A DNA stretch of 64,000 nt from contig JAQYAI010000006.1 in the NCBI GenBank assembly GCA_029227655.1, positions 2,098-66,097 of the forward strand. Reading direction: 5' to 3'. The translations under genes were made by a program, and so were the position numbers. The stretch is from a bacterium (GTDB lineage: Bacteria > Bacillota > Clostridia > Lachnospirales > Lachnospiraceae). Shown in pieces: positions 41,829-53,147 of the stretch; position 1 is the first letter of the stretch, and each line of letters begins with the position of its first letter. The notes beneath the pieces are model-generated. The model did not search any database and was not told the origin of the DNA. It worked only from the letters and a program-made list of their open reading frames with translations.

Positions 41829-41857
41829 TTGACAAAAAATTAAGGCTTCGGTATGAT
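41829..41857 (+). promoter_or_regulatory. sigmaA promoter upstream of comM
   Basis: TTGACA-17 bp-TATGAT. Confidence 0.7.
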
Positions 41858-41974
41858 AAGAGTACATTTCTAAAAGAGTTCGGTTTTCTTTTAGCAAATT
41901 CATATGATATTTCATCATTATTTTCTGAAATTAAAAAAATCTGTGCTTTTACTGTTTGGTAAAGGAGGATTATA

Positions 41975-43513
41975 TTGGGATATTTTACGGTTTTATCTGC
42001 AACTGTACAGGGTCTGCAGACGGAGTTCGTGCGCGTGGAAGCAGATGTGAGTAATGGCCTGCCTGTGTTCCATATGGTAGGATATTTGTCTTCGGAGGTG
42101 AAGGAAGCTTCAGAAAGAGTAAGAACAGCGATTCGGAATATGGGGTGTACGATTCCGGCCAAACGAATTGTTGTTAATCTGTCTCCGGCATATGTGAAGA
42201 AAAGGGGGACTAGTTATGATTTGCCGATTGCTGTGGCTGTTCTGGCATCTTTAAACGCAATTCCGGCAGGCAGGCTTAGAGAAACACTTTTTGTAGGAGA
42301 ACTGGGCCTGAATGGGGAAGTACAGGCGGTCGACGGAATTTTATCCATTGTACATGAGGCGAAAAAAAGAGGGATAAAATATTGTGTCATTCCGAAGAAG
42401 AACGAGAAAGAAGGACGACTGATCCAGGATATTGAGATTGTTGGTGTTTCACATTTAAAAGAGGTATGTGAATGGGCAAAAGGAAATTTTGTAATAAAAG
42501 GACAGGATTTTCTAGAAAAAAGAATACATGTACCAAAGGAAGGAAACATAGATTATAGTGATATTCAGGGTCAGGAAACGGTAAAACGGGCAACTTTGGT
42601 TGCTGTAGCCGGGAATCATAATCTTTTGTATATAGGACCACCTGGCGCGGGGAAAACCATGATGGCAAAAAGAATTCCAAGCATTTTACCGGGACTTTCA
42701 CTGGAGGAAAGCCTGGAAATAACGAAAATATATAGTGCTGCAGGATTGATTGAAAATGAAGATCCATTGATTACGATTCGGCCTTTCCGCGAGGTCCATC
42801 ATTCAATTACAAGAGCAGCGCTGATAGGAGGCGGCAGTATTCCCAGACCTGGTGAGGTGACACTGGCACATGGAGGTGTTCTGTTTCTGGATGAGCTTCC
42901 GGAGCTGCAGAGAAATGTGCTGGAAAGTCTCAGACAGCCTCTGGAAGAGCATTGTGTAAGGCTGATTCGAAATAATGGGGCGTATTGTTTTCCGGCAGAC
43001 TTCATGCTAGTGGCAGCGATGAATCCCTGTCCATGTGGTTACTATCCGGATAGAAACCGGTGCAATTGTTCTGTAAATCAGGTACAGAATTATATAGGAA
43101 AAATAAGCCGACCGTTTCTGGATCGGCTGGATATCTGTATTGAAGCTCCAAAAGTAGAATATGATTCGTTGATCATGAAAAATAATGGAAGTACATCCGC
43201 AAAAATGCGTGAAATGGTGATACAGGCAAGAGAAAGACAATTGGAGCGATTTTCCGACCGCAGTATCAGCACAAATTCACAAATGGCAAAGGAAGAGACG
43301 GAAACATTCTGTATGCTTAACAGAAATGGAAAAAGATTGATGAGACAGGCTTATGATTCGCTGCATCTGACGGCGAGAAGCTATTATAAAATATTGAAGG
43401 TGGCGAGAACAATTGCTGATCTAGATGAAGAAGATAAGATTTCCGAGATTCATATCAGTGAAGCGATTGGATATCGGATGATAGATGAAAAGTATTGGGG
43501 GAAGGAATATTGA
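41975..43513 (+). CDS. comM: YifB/ComM Mg-chelatase-like AAA+ ATPase
   Basis: VNLSPA, GPPGAGKT, LFLDELPE and AAMNPCPCG motifs; upstream of dprA. Confidence 0.9.
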   Translation: MGYFTVLSATVQGLQTEFVRVEADVSNGLPVFHMVGYLSSEVKEASERVRTAIRNMGCTIPAKRIVVNLSPAYVKKRGTSYDLPIAVAVLASLNAIPAGRLRETLFVGELGLNGEVQAVDGILSIVHEAKKRGIKYCVIPKKNEKEGRLIQDIEIVGVSHLKEVCEWAKGNFVIKGQDFLEKRIHVPKEGNIDYSDIQGQETVKRATLVAVAGNHNLLYIGPPGAGKTMMAKRIPSILPGLSLEESLEITKIYSAAGLIENEDPLITIRPFREVHHSITRAALIGGGSIPRPGEVTLAHGGVLFLDELPELQRNVLESLRQPLEEHCVRLIRNNGAYCFPADFMLVAAMNPCPCGYYPDRNRCNCSVNQVQNYIGKISRPFLDRLDICIEAPKVEYDSLIMKNNGSTSAKMREMVIQARERQLERFSDRSISTNSQMAKEETETFCMLNRNGKRLMRQAYDSLHLTARSYYKILKVARTIADLDEEDKISEIHISEAIGYRMIDEKYWGKEY

Positions 43514-44604
43514 CAGAAGAAAAGTGGTATCATTACTGGTGGTATTCCATCAATGGATTATCCAATGAAAAAAAGAAGCTTTTATCAAAAAATAAAATAA
43601 ATCCTGAAGATATTTATAATATAGAAGAAACGCAGAAAAAATATCCTTTTAAAGAATGGTTCACAGAAGAAGAGATAGAAAAGATTAAAACAAGCAGAGC
43701 AATAAAAGAGTGGAAAAAAGAATATAGAAAAATGAAGGAGGAAGGTGCACGTCTGGTCTGTTGGGAAGAAGAAGCGTATCCAAAACGGCTGAAAACATTG
43801 AGTGGAATGCCTTATGCTCTTTTTGTGAAAGGACAGCTTCCGGAAGAAGATGTGGTTTCTGTTGCAATCGTTGGAGCCAGAAATTGTAGTACCTATGGAG
43901 AACGCATGACTTTGCAGTTCGCAGAACAGCTTGCGCAGGAGGGAGTACAGATCATCAGTGGAATGGCAAGAGGAATTGATGGTGCTGCACACAGAGGCGC
44001 ACTGAATGTGTCGGGAAGAACGTTTGCTGTTCTGGGATGTGGTGCTGATATCTGTTATCCGAAAGAACACAAAGGGATTTATCATGATATACAGAACAAT
44101 GGGGGAATTGTGTCAGAATATCTTCCCGGGACACCGCCGCTTGCAAGGCATTTTCCTGCGCGGAATCGTTTGATTAGTGGTCTGTCAGACGTGGTCCTTG
44201 TTATGGAGGCGAAAGAGAGAAGTGGATCGCTTATTACCGCAGATATGGCACTGGAACAGGGAAGGGATATTTATGCGCTTCCCGGACCAATAAACAGTGA
44301 GTTAAGTAAAGGATGCAATTACCTGATTAGACAGGGAGCTGGTATATTGCTTGAGCCGGAAGATATACTTGAAGAATTGTCTATAAAAATAAGACCGAAA
44401 AGGGAGAATTGTCAAAAAAACAAAAAAATCCTTGAATCAAAAGAGGAAATAGTGTATAGTAAGCTCGGTTTGTTTGCCCGAGGTCGGGAGGAACTATTGC
44501 AATTGACAGGATTTCATCCACAGGAATTGGCAGGGATACTTTTATCTCTGGAACTTCGTGGTTATATAAAGGAAATATCAAAGAACTATTATATTGTAAG
44601 GTAA
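43510..44604 (+). CDS. dprA: DNA-processing protein DprA
   Basis: VAIVGAR, ISGMARGIDG, FPARNRLISG and SGSLITA motifs. Confidence 0.94.
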   Translation: MTEEKWYHYWWYSINGLSNEKKKLLSKNKINPEDIYNIEETQKKYPFKEWFTEEEIEKIKTSRAIKEWKKEYRKMKEEGARLVCWEEEAYPKRLKTLSGMPYALFVKGQLPEEDVVSVAIVGARNCSTYGERMTLQFAEQLAQEGVQIISGMARGIDGAAHRGALNVSGRTFAVLGCGADICYPKEHKGIYHDIQNNGGIVSEYLPGTPPLARHFPARNRLISGLSDVVLVMEAKERSGSLITADMALEQGRDIYALPGPINSELSKGCNYLIRQGAGILLEPEDILEELSIKIRPKRENCQKNKKILESKEEIVYSKLGLFARGREELLQLTGFHPQELAGILLSLELRGYIKEISKNYYIVR

Positions 44605-44619
44605 ATTGGAGGAGCAGGA

Positions 44620-46683
44620 ATGGCACATTATCTGGTAATCGTGGAATCGCCAACAAAAGTAAAAACAATAAAAAAATTTCTGGGAAGTAATTACACGGTA
44701 ATTGCATCACAGGGACATGTGAGAGATTTGCCAAAAAGTCAGTTGGGGATTGGGCCGGAAAATGACTACGAGCCGAAATATATTACAATTCGTGGTAAGG
44801 GAGAATTATTAGCGAATCTTCGCAAAGAAGTGAAAAAGGCTGATAAAGTGTATCTCGCAACTGACCCGGACCGTGAAGGAGAAGCAATTTCATGGCATTT
44901 GACAAAAGCATTAAAGCTGGATGATAAAAAAGTGTACCGTATTACATTTAATGAAATTACAAAGAGTGCTGTAAAAGCATCATTGAAAAATGCCAGAGAA
45001 CTGGATATGGATCTGGTCGATGCACAACAGGCGAGACGTGCACTGGATCGAATTGTAGGTTACAAGATAAGTCCGTTGCTCTGGAAAAAAGTAAAGAGAG
45101 GCTTAAGTGCAGGTCGTGTACAGTCGGTAGCACTTCGTATCATTGCAGACAGAGAAGAAGAAATCAATTCTTTTATTCCAGAGGAGTACTGGAATCTGGA
45201 TGCCATTTTTCGGGTGAAGGGCGAGAAAAAGCCACTGACAGCAAAATTCTATGGTAAGAATGACGAGAAAATTACTATTCAGAACGAAGAACAGCTGAAA
45301 GAAATCCTGAAAGATCTGGAAGATGAAACGTATAAAGTGACAGATGTAAAAAAGAGTGAACGATCAAGAAAAGCGCCGCTTCCATTTACGACAAGTACCC
45401 TTCAGCAGGAAGCTTCCAAAGCACTGAATTTTGCAACATCGAAGACAATGAGAATTGCACAGCAGTTATATGAAGGGGTAGAGATAAAAGGAAGCGGAAC
45501 CGTAGGTCTCATCAGTTACCTGCGTACAGATTCTACCCGTGTTTCAGAAGAAGCTGATGAAAAAGCAAGAGCATTTGTTGCAAAAGAATTTGGTGAGGCA
45601 TATGTCGCTGAAGAAAATGAAAATAGAAAAAAAGAAACGAAAAATATACAGGATGCGCATGAAGCGATCAGACCGTCTGATGTGGAGAGAACACCACTTT
45701 CTATAAAAGACTCTCTCAGCAGAGATCAGTTCCGTCTGTATCAGCTGATTTGGAAACGATTCGTTGCCAGTAGAATGCAGCCTGCAAAATATGAGACAAC
45801 TTCTGTAAAAATTGGTGCTGGTGAATATGTATTCACAGTATCTGCATCAAAAATTATATTTGAAGGGTTCAGGCAGGTATATGTAGATGCGGATGATGCA
45901 AAAGAAAAGAGCACTGTTCTCTTGAAGAGCCTGGACAAAGATTCAGAACTTACAAAGGAATCGTTCGAATATAAACAGCATTTTACACAGCCACCCGCAC
46001 ATTATACAGAGGCCGGACTTGTCAAGACGCTGGAAGAGCTGGGAATCGGAAGACCAAGTACGTATGCGCCTACCATTTCTACGATTATTGCGAGACGATA
46101 TGTGGCAAAGGAAAATAAAAACCTTTATCTGACAGAGCTTGGTGAAGTTGTGAATAACATGATGAAACAATCGTTTGAAAGTATTGTTGATGTGAATTTT
46201 ACGGCTTATATGGAAGGTCTTCTGGATATGGTCGCAGAAGGAAAAGTAGAGTGGAAATCAGTCATAAGAAATTTCTATCCGGATTTGCAGGAGGCAGTAG
46301 ATAAAGCAGAAAAAGAATTAGAAGAAGTAAAAATTGAAGATGAAGTGACAGATGTGATCTGTGAAGAATGTGGACGAAACATGGTCATTAAATATGGACC
46401 ACATGGAAAGTTTCTTGCGTGTCCAGGATTCCCAGAATGCAAAAATACGAAGCCATATCTGGAAAAAGTTGGTGTTCCATGTCCAAAATGCGGAAAAGAA
46501 CTGGTATACCGCAAGACCAAGAAAGGTAGAAGATATTACGGGTGCGAAGATAATCCGGAATGTGATTTCATGTCATGGCAAAAACCAAGTACAGAAAAAT
46601 GTCCAAAATGTGGCAGTTATATGATAGAAAAAGGGAATAAACTGGTGTGTTCTGGCGAACAATGTGGATATGTGAAAAATTAA
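44620..46683 (+). CDS. topA: DNA topoisomerase I
   Basis: LVIVESP, ATDPDREGE, SAGRVQS and YLRTDS motifs; C-terminal Zn ribbons. Confidence 0.97.
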   Translation: MAHYLVIVESPTKVKTIKKFLGSNYTVIASQGHVRDLPKSQLGIGPENDYEPKYITIRGKGELLANLRKEVKKADKVYLATDPDREGEAISWHLTKALKLDDKKVYRITFNEITKSAVKASLKNARELDMDLVDAQQARRALDRIVGYKISPLLWKKVKRGLSAGRVQSVALRIIADREEEINSFIPEEYWNLDAIFRVKGEKKPLTAKFYGKNDEKITIQNEEQLKEILKDLEDETYKVTDVKKSERSRKAPLPFTTSTLQQEASKALNFATSKTMRIAQQLYEGVEIKGSGTVGLISYLRTDSTRVSEEADEKARAFVAKEFGEAYVAEENENRKKETKNIQDAHEAIRPSDVERTPLSIKDSLSRDQFRLYQLIWKRFVASRMQPAKYETTSVKIGAGEYVFTVSASKIIFEGFRQVYVDADDAKEKSTVLLKSLDKDSELTKESFEYKQHFTQPPAHYTEAGLVKTLEELGIGRPSTYAPTISTIIARRYVAKENKNLYLTELGEVVNNMMKQSFESIVDVNFTAYMEGLLDMVAEGKVEWKSVIRNFYPDLQEAVDKAEKELEEVKIEDEVTDVICEECGRNMVIKYGPHGKFLACPGFPECKNTKPYLEKVGVPCPKCGKELVYRKTKKGRRYYGCEDNPECDFMSWQKPSTEKCPKCGSYMIEKGNKLVCSGEQCGYVKN

Positions 46684-46819
46684 ATTTTTTAATAAAGAAA
46701 AATCCGAATAATCCGTTGAATTCTAATAAATTGTATGATAATATTATTTTATCTGTATTTTTCGATTTGTTCGTGTAATTGCGACAATAATAAATGTGAT
46801 GTGCAATGGAGGTAAAAAA

Positions 46820-47602
46820 ATGAGTGTACAATTATTAGACAAGACAAGAAAAATCAATAAACTGCTTCATAATAATAGTTCAAGTAAAGTTGTATTTAAC
46901 GATATTTGTAAAGTCCTTACAGAAATTTTACTTTCAAACGTTCTGGTTATTAGTAAAAAGGGTAAGGTATTAGGAGCAAGTGCATATCCGGGATTTACGG
47001 AAATCAAAGAACTTCTTGGCGGAGAAGTTGGTGGTCATATTGATGAGATGTTGAATGAACGTCTTCTTAATATTTTGTCTACAAGGGAAAATGTAAATCT
47101 GGAAACATTAGGATTTACACCGGGAGTTGTAGTAGGATATCAGGCGATTACAGCACCGATTGATATTGCCGGGGAAAGACTTGGTACTTTGTTTATTTAT
47201 AAGAAAGACAAAGATTATGAAATTGACGATATTATTTTAAGCGAATATGGAACGACAGTAGTAGGGCTCGAAATGCTTCGCTCTGTAAATGAAGAAAGTG
47301 CAGAAGAGACAAGAAAAGAGCAGATTGTTCAGTCTGCAATCAGTACACTTTCCTTCTCTGAATTGGAAGCAATTGTACACATTTTTGACGAACTCGACGG
47401 AATGGAAGGAATTCTTGTTGCAAGTAAAATTGCTGACAGAGTCGGAATCACACGTTCCGTAATTGTAAATGCCCTTCGCAAATTTGAAAGTGCAGGAGTT
47501 ATCGAATCACGGTCATCAGGAATGAAAGGAACATATATCAAAGTTGTAAATGATTATGTGTTCAAAGAACTTGATAAAATTAAAAAAGAAAAAATGAAAT
47601 AA
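46820..47602 (+). CDS. codY: GTP/BCAA-sensing transcriptional regulator CodY
   Basis: LLDKTRKIN and ASKIADRVGITRSVIVNALRKFESAGVIESRS motifs. Confidence 0.97.
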   Translation: MSVQLLDKTRKINKLLHNNSSSKVVFNDICKVLTEILLSNVLVISKKGKVLGASAYPGFTEIKELLGGEVGGHIDEMLNERLLNILSTRENVNLETLGFTPGVVVGYQAITAPIDIAGERLGTLFIYKKDKDYEIDDIILSEYGTTVVGLEMLRSVNEESAEETRKEQIVQSAISTLSFSELEAIVHIFDELDGMEGILVASKIADRVGITRSVIVNALRKFESAGVIESRSSGMKGTYIKVVNDYVFKELDKIKKEKMK

Positions 47603-47603
47603 C

Positions 47604-47636
47604 AAAATAGATTGCGTGAAAGCGCAATCTATTTTT
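47604..47636 (+). terminator. intrinsic terminator after codY
   Basis: AAAATAGATTGCG-N6-CGCAATCTATTTTT. Confidence 0.85.
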
Positions 47637-47656
47637 ATAAATCAGGAGGTCTGAAT

Positions 47657-47962
47657 ATGTACGATGGAGAAAAAGCTGTAGTTGTAATGATCAAATCATT
47701 AAAAGAAGGAATAGAAGTTGATAAAGACTTATATAAATGTACAGTGATTGAATATCAGAAAGAAACAGAGCAGGTGCATTTATTGATGGAAACAGGGGAA
47801 TTGAAAAATATTTCGCTGGATGCGATTTATGAATGCCGTATTGATACAATGAAAGGGGAAGTGCATTGTATTGGAAAAGTGAAAGAACGATACGGCAATC
47901 ATGCAGGAAATATTCTGGTGCTGCAAGTCCTGAATGGATTTTATGAAAAAAATATGAAGTAA
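47657..47962 (+). CDS. hypothetical protein (possibly a YcgR-N-like beta-barrel)
   Basis: GGAGGT RBS; 101 aa with beta-strand-rich pattern; the fold guess is weak. Confidence 0.65.
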   Translation: MYDGEKAVVVMIKSLKEGIEVDKDLYKCTVIEYQKETEQVHLLMETGELKNISLDAIYECRIDTMKGEVHCIGKVKERYGNHAGNILVLQVLNGFYEKNMK

Positions 47963-47984
47963 ATATAAAATAAAAAAACCCATG

Positions 47985-48055
47985 TTGACAAATAGATAGG
48001 ACAGTGTTATTTTATATCTAGACAATTTTTAGCACTCAAAAAAGATGAGTGCTAA
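47985..48055 (+). promoter_or_regulatory. groESL promoter and CIRCE operator (HrcA)
   Basis: TTGACA-17 bp-TATTTT; perfect TTAGCACTC-N9-GAGTGCTAA at 48029-48055. Confidence 0.95.
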
Positions 48056-48086
48056 TAAAACATATAAACTTTAAGGAGGAATCATA

Positions 48087-50019
<1,933 letters not shown>

Positions 50020-50049
50020 CAGATTTTTCTTGGCTGACATGAAAATTTT

Positions 50050-50079
50050 GAAAACTCCTCATTGAGGAGTTTTCTTTTT
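50050..50079 (+). terminator. groESL terminator
   Basis: GAAAACTCCTC-ATT-GAGGAGTTTTC plus T-run. Confidence 0.88.
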
Positions 50080-50127
50080 GTAAAAAAAATGGTAGTATAT
50101 ACGTAGTACAAACTTGGAGGTTCAGTT

Positions 50128-50616
50128 ATGGGAGATATATATACAGAACAGTTGATAAAAAGAAAAAAAACAAATAAAACAATGATAGGAAAAATAGCAC
50201 TCATTCTGCTTACAATTGCATTTTTTGTTTTAGGAATGATGATTCCGTTTGTGGAATTAGTATTTTTGGTTATGATAGGTGTTGATATTTATCTTTTTCG
50301 AAGTATGGATATTGAATATGAATACCTTTATATTAATGGGAATTTAGATGTTGATAAGATTATGTCAAAATCCCGCAGAAAAAAAGTGTTTGAGATGAAT
50401 GTAAGTGAATTGGAACTTCTGGCACCATCCGGCTGTCCAGAGCTTAGACCTTTTCAAGGATTAAAATCAATGGATTTTACTTCTGGAGAAGAAGGAAGAA
50501 GCGTATATGAAATGATTGTATTAAAAAATGGTGAGAAGAAAAAAATTATGTTTGAACCAAATGATACAATTGTCGATGGAATGCGTATGTATGCGCCAAG
50601 AAAAGTAGTGCGTTAA
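50128..50616 (+). CDS. conserved membrane protein (DUF6106-like)
   Basis: two N-terminal TM helices; EYEYLYINGNLDVDKIM motif; GGAGG RBS. Confidence 0.75.
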   Translation: MGDIYTEQLIKRKKTNKTMIGKIALILLTIAFFVLGMMIPFVELVFLVMIGVDIYLFRSMDIEYEYLYINGNLDVDKIMSKSRRKKVFEMNVSELELLAPSGCPELRPFQGLKSMDFTSGEEGRSVYEMIVLKNGEKKKIMFEPNDTIVDGMRMYAPRKVVR

Positions 50617-50633
50617 GAAAATTGTATGATAAG

Positions 50634-50666
50634 AAAAAGTCCGGGAAATATAATCCCGGACTTTTT
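50634..50666. terminator. bidirectional terminator
   Basis: AAAAAGTCCGGGA-N7-TCCCGGACTTTTT perfect inverted repeat. Confidence 0.88.
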
Positions 50667-50680
50667 ATGTACAAATTTTA

Positions 50681-51652
50681 TTATCTTAAAAGAAACCAGT
50701 ATCCTGCAAATGCTGCAATTGCAAGTAAAAGAATAATGATGATTAAGATAAGGATAATTGGTGTTCCACCCTCTTCTCCTTCATCCTCTTCATCTAACAT
50801 ATTCTGGTAATTTTCACGCATTTCTTTTTCACGTGCTTCGCGGATATGTTTTGGTGGAATATTTGAATATGTTTTTTCATTCATTTCTTCTGCTAAAGCA
50901 TTAGAAAGTTCTGTCATATCGTCCTCAAGTGATTCGACAGGACGTCTTCTCTTTTTATGTGGTCTTTCCTGAATATTGACGTCAGAGGAAGATCTTTTTG
51001 GCTGGCCATTAGCAGCAGGTCTTTTCTTTTTTGGAGCTGGAGCAGCTTCGGTGGAAACTTCTGGAGTATCTGAGACTGTTTCCGGATTTACAGGCCGTTT
51101 TTTCTTAACTTTGCGGACTGGTTGTTCCTGTACGTCAGAAGGAACCGGTCTCTTCTTTTTGCGCGGTCTTTCTTCCGGTGCGCTTGTTTCCTGTAATTTT
51201 GCTTCTAGTTCGTTGGTCGGTATTACTCTGGTAGGAGCATCTTTTACAGATTCTGTTACCTTCACAGGTGCTGCCTTTGACTTGGAAGAAGTTACAGGCT
51301 CTTTTGCTTGAACAGTCTCCGGATTTACAGGCCGTTTCTTCTTAACTTTACGAACCGGCTGTGCCTGCTCATCAGAAGAGACCGGTCTTTTCTTTTTTGG
51401 AGTTGGAGCAGCGTCTGATGGAGTCTCGGAAACGACAGGAGCTTTTTTTGAAACTTCTGCGGTCTTAATTTCAGTTTTTTCTGTGTTTGCTTTTGCGGCG
51501 ACATTCGCTTTTGCACGCTGTTTATCTAAATTCCATTGTTTTTTGCAATCATGGCAGATGGCAAATTCATTATAAATAGCTTCTCCAGCTGCGTTTTCTC
51601 CTACTTTCTTATTTTTAATTTCAAGTTCTTTCTTACAAATTGGACAGTTCAT
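50681..51652 (-). CDS. hypothetical protein: N-terminal CxxC..CxxC zinc ribbon, low-complexity polybasic linker, C-terminal TM anchor
   Basis: MNCPIC...ICHDC; repeated KKKRP motifs; hydrophobic C-tail; AAGGAG RBS before 51652. Confidence 0.8.
   Translation of the reverse strand: MNCPICKKELEIKNKKVGENAAGEAIYNEFAICHDCKKQWNLDKQRAKANVAAKANTEKTEIKTAEVSKKAPVVSETPSDAAPTPKKKRPVSSDEQAQPVRKVKKKRPVNPETVQAKEPVTSSKSKAAPVKVTESVKDAPTRVIPTNELEAKLQETSAPEERPRKKKRPVPSDVQEQPVRKVKKKRPVNPETVSDTPEVSTEAAPAPKKKRPAANGQPKRSSSDVNIQERPHKKRRRPVESLEDDMTELSNALAEEMNEKTYSNIPPKHIREAREKEMRENYQNMLDEEDEGEEGGTPIILILIIIILLLAIAAFAGYWFLLR
51075..51398 (-). repeat. imperfect intragenic direct repeat (two ~87-bp copies)
   Basis: KKKRPVSSDEQAQPVRKVKKKRPVNPETV versus KKKRPVPSDVQEQPVRKVKKKRPVNPETV; DNA at ~51075-51160 and ~51312-51398. 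Confidence 0.85.
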
Positions 51653-51843
51653 TTGTATTTCACTCCTTATATCTTTTGAATATCTCAAATCAGTGTACAT
51701 TATCTTGTACACTAATACAATCCCACACAATATAATGTAACACATCTTGAAAAGATGTCAAGAAATCCTTTGCATAGAATAAAAAAAGTGTTAGAATAAT
51801 ATGACAAAATAAGACAATATTAAGATATAAAGGGTGAGGATTT

Positions 51844-52275
51844 TTGCGCGAAAGGAAAACAATAGGATTTTTGATCAAACAGATTAATAATGTGTATGAA
51901 AAAGACTTCAATAAGATGTTAAAGAACCTGGGGATTACTTCCTCGCAGTGTGCAGTTTTGGATTATCTTTTCCAAAGCAGTGAGGAAGAAATTACGCAGA
52001 GAGATATCGAGCGTAATCTATGTCTGAAGAATCCTACTGTGACAGGTCTGTTAAAGCGGTTGGAAGAAAAGGGATTTATTTTTTCTGTCCCAAGCCCGAC
52101 AGACGGACGATGCAAGAATATCTATCTGACTGAGAAGGCTTATGATATCCAGAAAAAGATGGAAGCAAGCCGTAAAAAGAGTGATAAGATGTTGACACTT
52201 GGAATGACGAAGAGAGAAGTTGAGGCATTTGAACGCGCATTAGAAAAAGTTCTTTACAATATATCGGAGCCATAG
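51844..52275 (+). CDS. MarR family transcriptional regulator
   Basis: GITSSQ, TQRDIE, PTVTGLLKRLEEKGFI and DGRCK winged-HTH motifs. Confidence 0.92.
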   Translation: MRERKTIGFLIKQINNVYEKDFNKMLKNLGITSSQCAVLDYLFQSSEEEITQRDIERNLCLKNPTVTGLLKRLEEKGFIFSVPSPTDGRCKNIYLTEKAYDIQKKMEASRKKSDKMLTLGMTKREVEAFERALEKVLYNISEP

Positions 52276-52283
52276 GAGGAAAA

Positions 52284-53132
52284 ATGAGTTACGCAGATAA
52301 AGTGTTTATAGATATGTGCAGAGACATAATAGATAATGGTACAAGTACAGAAGGTGAAAAAGTCCGACCAAAATGGGAAGATGGAACACCTGCCTATACG
52401 ATCAAGAAATTTGGTGTGGTGAATCGTTATGATTTGCGAAAAGAATTTCCGGCCCTTACATTACGCAAAACTGGAATTAAGAGCTGTACAGATGAACTTT
52501 TGTGGATCTGGCAGAGAAAATCGAATAATATTAAGGATTTAAAGCCACATATCTGGGACAGTTGGGCTGATGAAAATGGTTCGATCGGTAAGGCATACGG
52601 ATATCAGATGGGCGTAAAACATCAGTACAAAGAAGGTATGATGGACCAGGTCGACAGAGTCATTTATGATTTGAAACATAACCCATACAGTCGTAGAATT
52701 CTTACGAATATTTATGTACATCAGGATCTTCATGAGATGAATCTTTATCCATGTGCATATAGTATGACATTTAATGTCACCAAGGAAAAGGGAAGTGACA
52801 AACTTACTTTGAATGGAATATTGAATCAGCGTTCACAGGATGTGCTTGCGGCAAATAACTGGAATGTGTGCCAATATTCTGTTCTGATGCATATGATCGC
52901 GCAAGTGTGTGATATGCAGGTGGGCGAATTTGTTCATGTAATCGCAGATGCACATATATATGACAGACACATTCCCCTGATTGAAGAACTGATCAGCAGA
53001 GAGCCACTTCCGGCACCGACATTCTGGCTGAATCCGGAAATCAAAGATTTCTATCAGTTCACGTCAGATGATGTAAGGCTTGATAATTATGTAACAGGAC
53101 CACAGATCAAGAATATACCAGTAGCGATTTAA
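52284..53132 (+). CDS. thyA: thymidylate synthase
   Basis: ELLWIW, YGYQ, SRRI, LYPC, QRSQD and DAHIYDRH motifs. Confidence 0.96.
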   Translation: MSYADKVFIDMCRDIIDNGTSTEGEKVRPKWEDGTPAYTIKKFGVVNRYDLRKEFPALTLRKTGIKSCTDELLWIWQRKSNNIKDLKPHIWDSWADENGSIGKAYGYQMGVKHQYKEGMMDQVDRVIYDLKHNPYSRRILTNIYVHQDLHEMNLYPCAYSMTFNVTKEKGSDKLTLNGILNQRSQDVLAANNWNVCQYSVLMHMIAQVCDMQVGEFVHVIADAHIYDRHIPLIEELISREPLPAPTFWLNPEIKDFYQFTSDDVRLDNYVTGPQIKNIPVAI

Positions 53133-53147
53133 TAATGGAGGAAGAGA

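Noticed and set aside
41975-43513. comM as a mobile-element integration hotspot
   Set aside because: The ORF is full length and uninterrupted; no att-like duplication or recombinase nearby
51075-51398. CRISPR-like repeat array
   Set aside because: Only two degenerate in-frame copies inside a CDS; no spacers or cas genes
50681-51652. KKKRP motifs as eukaryotic nuclear-localisation signals of a secreted effector
   Set aside because: No signal peptide or secretion system nearby, and a C-terminal membrane anchor; the resemblance alone is insufficient
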